A stretch of DNA of 64,000 nucleotides from the human T2T-CHM13v2.0 reference genome, Homo sapiens: assembly GCF_009914755.1 (NCBI RefSeq), contig NC_060941.1, one strand, 5' to 3'. This document shows positions 62,723 to 64,000 of the stretch, piece after piece (the stretch's first letter is position 1; each line of letters opens with the position of its first letter). The position numbers and the translations under genes were made by a program. The notes under the pieces were generated by a model. It did not search any database and had not been told where the DNA came from. It saw nothing but the letters and a program-made list of their open reading frames with translations.

Positions 62723-63173
62723 CTAAGGTTAAAATAAACCCTTTTTCTTCATACAGATTAAACACGAGTTCAAATTACAGCTTTGCTGCTTAATAGCTTG
62801 GTGACCTAGGACAAGTTATCTAACCTCTCTGTGCCTCAGTTTCCTCATTTAAAAATAGGGCAATAATAATATCTACCACATAAGGTATTTGCTGATCACA
62901 AATACCTGGCAACCCAGTAGATACTCAGTGTAATAATTATTATTTTTATAATTTCTGCCTAAGTACAAAGATAATTCTTGGGTTAACCTAAAGGTAGATT
63001 TTCTTTTATTTCTTCCTGTTTCTTTTATTTTTCTTGTTCACCTTAAAGAATTAAAAAGAAAATCGATTCCAGCATTTTGGAATAAAAATTTGCATCAAAA
63101 TCAATTTATTCATTTTATTGACATATGAACAAAATGTCATTTGTTTATTCAATAAACATTTGTTAAATGCCTA

Positions 63174-63434
<261 letters not shown>

Positions 63435-63795
63435 TTACATGCAATGTAAGAAAGGCTGTGATGTCATACAAGAAGACAAGTGGGAGTATGGTTTTGACCA
63501 GTTCCTCCTCTTAGATTTATTCCTTCTTCTTTGGCTATAAAGCAAAAGAATTGGTCCTATTTTTTTTTAACTGTGCAAATTAAACCATAAATTTTAAAAA
63601 CTTTATAAAGATAAAAGACAAGCAGCCAGCCGCAGTGGCTCATGCCAGTAATCCTATCAGTTTGGGAGGCTGAGGCAGGTAGATCACCTGAGGTCAAGAG
63701 TTCAAAACCAGCCTGACCAACATGGTAAAACCCCGACTCTACTAAAAATACAAAAATTAGCTGGGCGTGGTGGTGGGTGCCTGTAATCCCAGCTA

Positions 63796-63909
<114 letters not shown>

Positions 63910-64000
63910 TCAAAAAAAAAAAAAAAAAAAAATAGATGAACAACTTGAATTATGATGAGCAACTTGAATTATGGAGGATGCTAGAAATACTGTTTCCTCC

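Overview
This window is primate, almost certainly human, DNA from the LRRC37A core-duplicon region (17q21.31-type segmental duplication). Gene identities come from my recognition of the translated sequences, not from a database search. From left to right it contains: (1) a processed DND1 retro-pseudogene (minus strand) buried in a nested MLT1 > L1PB > Alu insertion stack whose target-site duplications (TSDs) are still readable; (2) a CpG island carrying a duplicated, damaged four-exon copy of C17orf58 (plus strand); (3) facing it, a duplicated 3' fragment of BPTF (minus strand) with PHD exons, one bromodomain exon, the terminal exon and 3'UTR, interrupted by a 968-bp HERV-K(HML-2) LTR5 solo LTR; (4) the promoter and first five coding exons of an LRRC37A-family gene (a 2.6-kb mucin-like exon, then 72/72/72/81-nt LRR exons; the gene continues past the window). 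The last intron holds old L1 remnants, a 5'-truncated SVA inside an AluJ and a 7SL pseudogene. Alu density is very high and most short ORFs in the track are Alu or simple-repeat artefacts. The locus is known, and I cannot support a wholly new system. The most testable ideas concern reuse of dead-gene parts: in-frame exon-skipping products of the C17orf58 copy, an LTR5-driven spliced transcript into the BPTF remnant, and reuse of the BPTF terminal exon by antisense transcripts.
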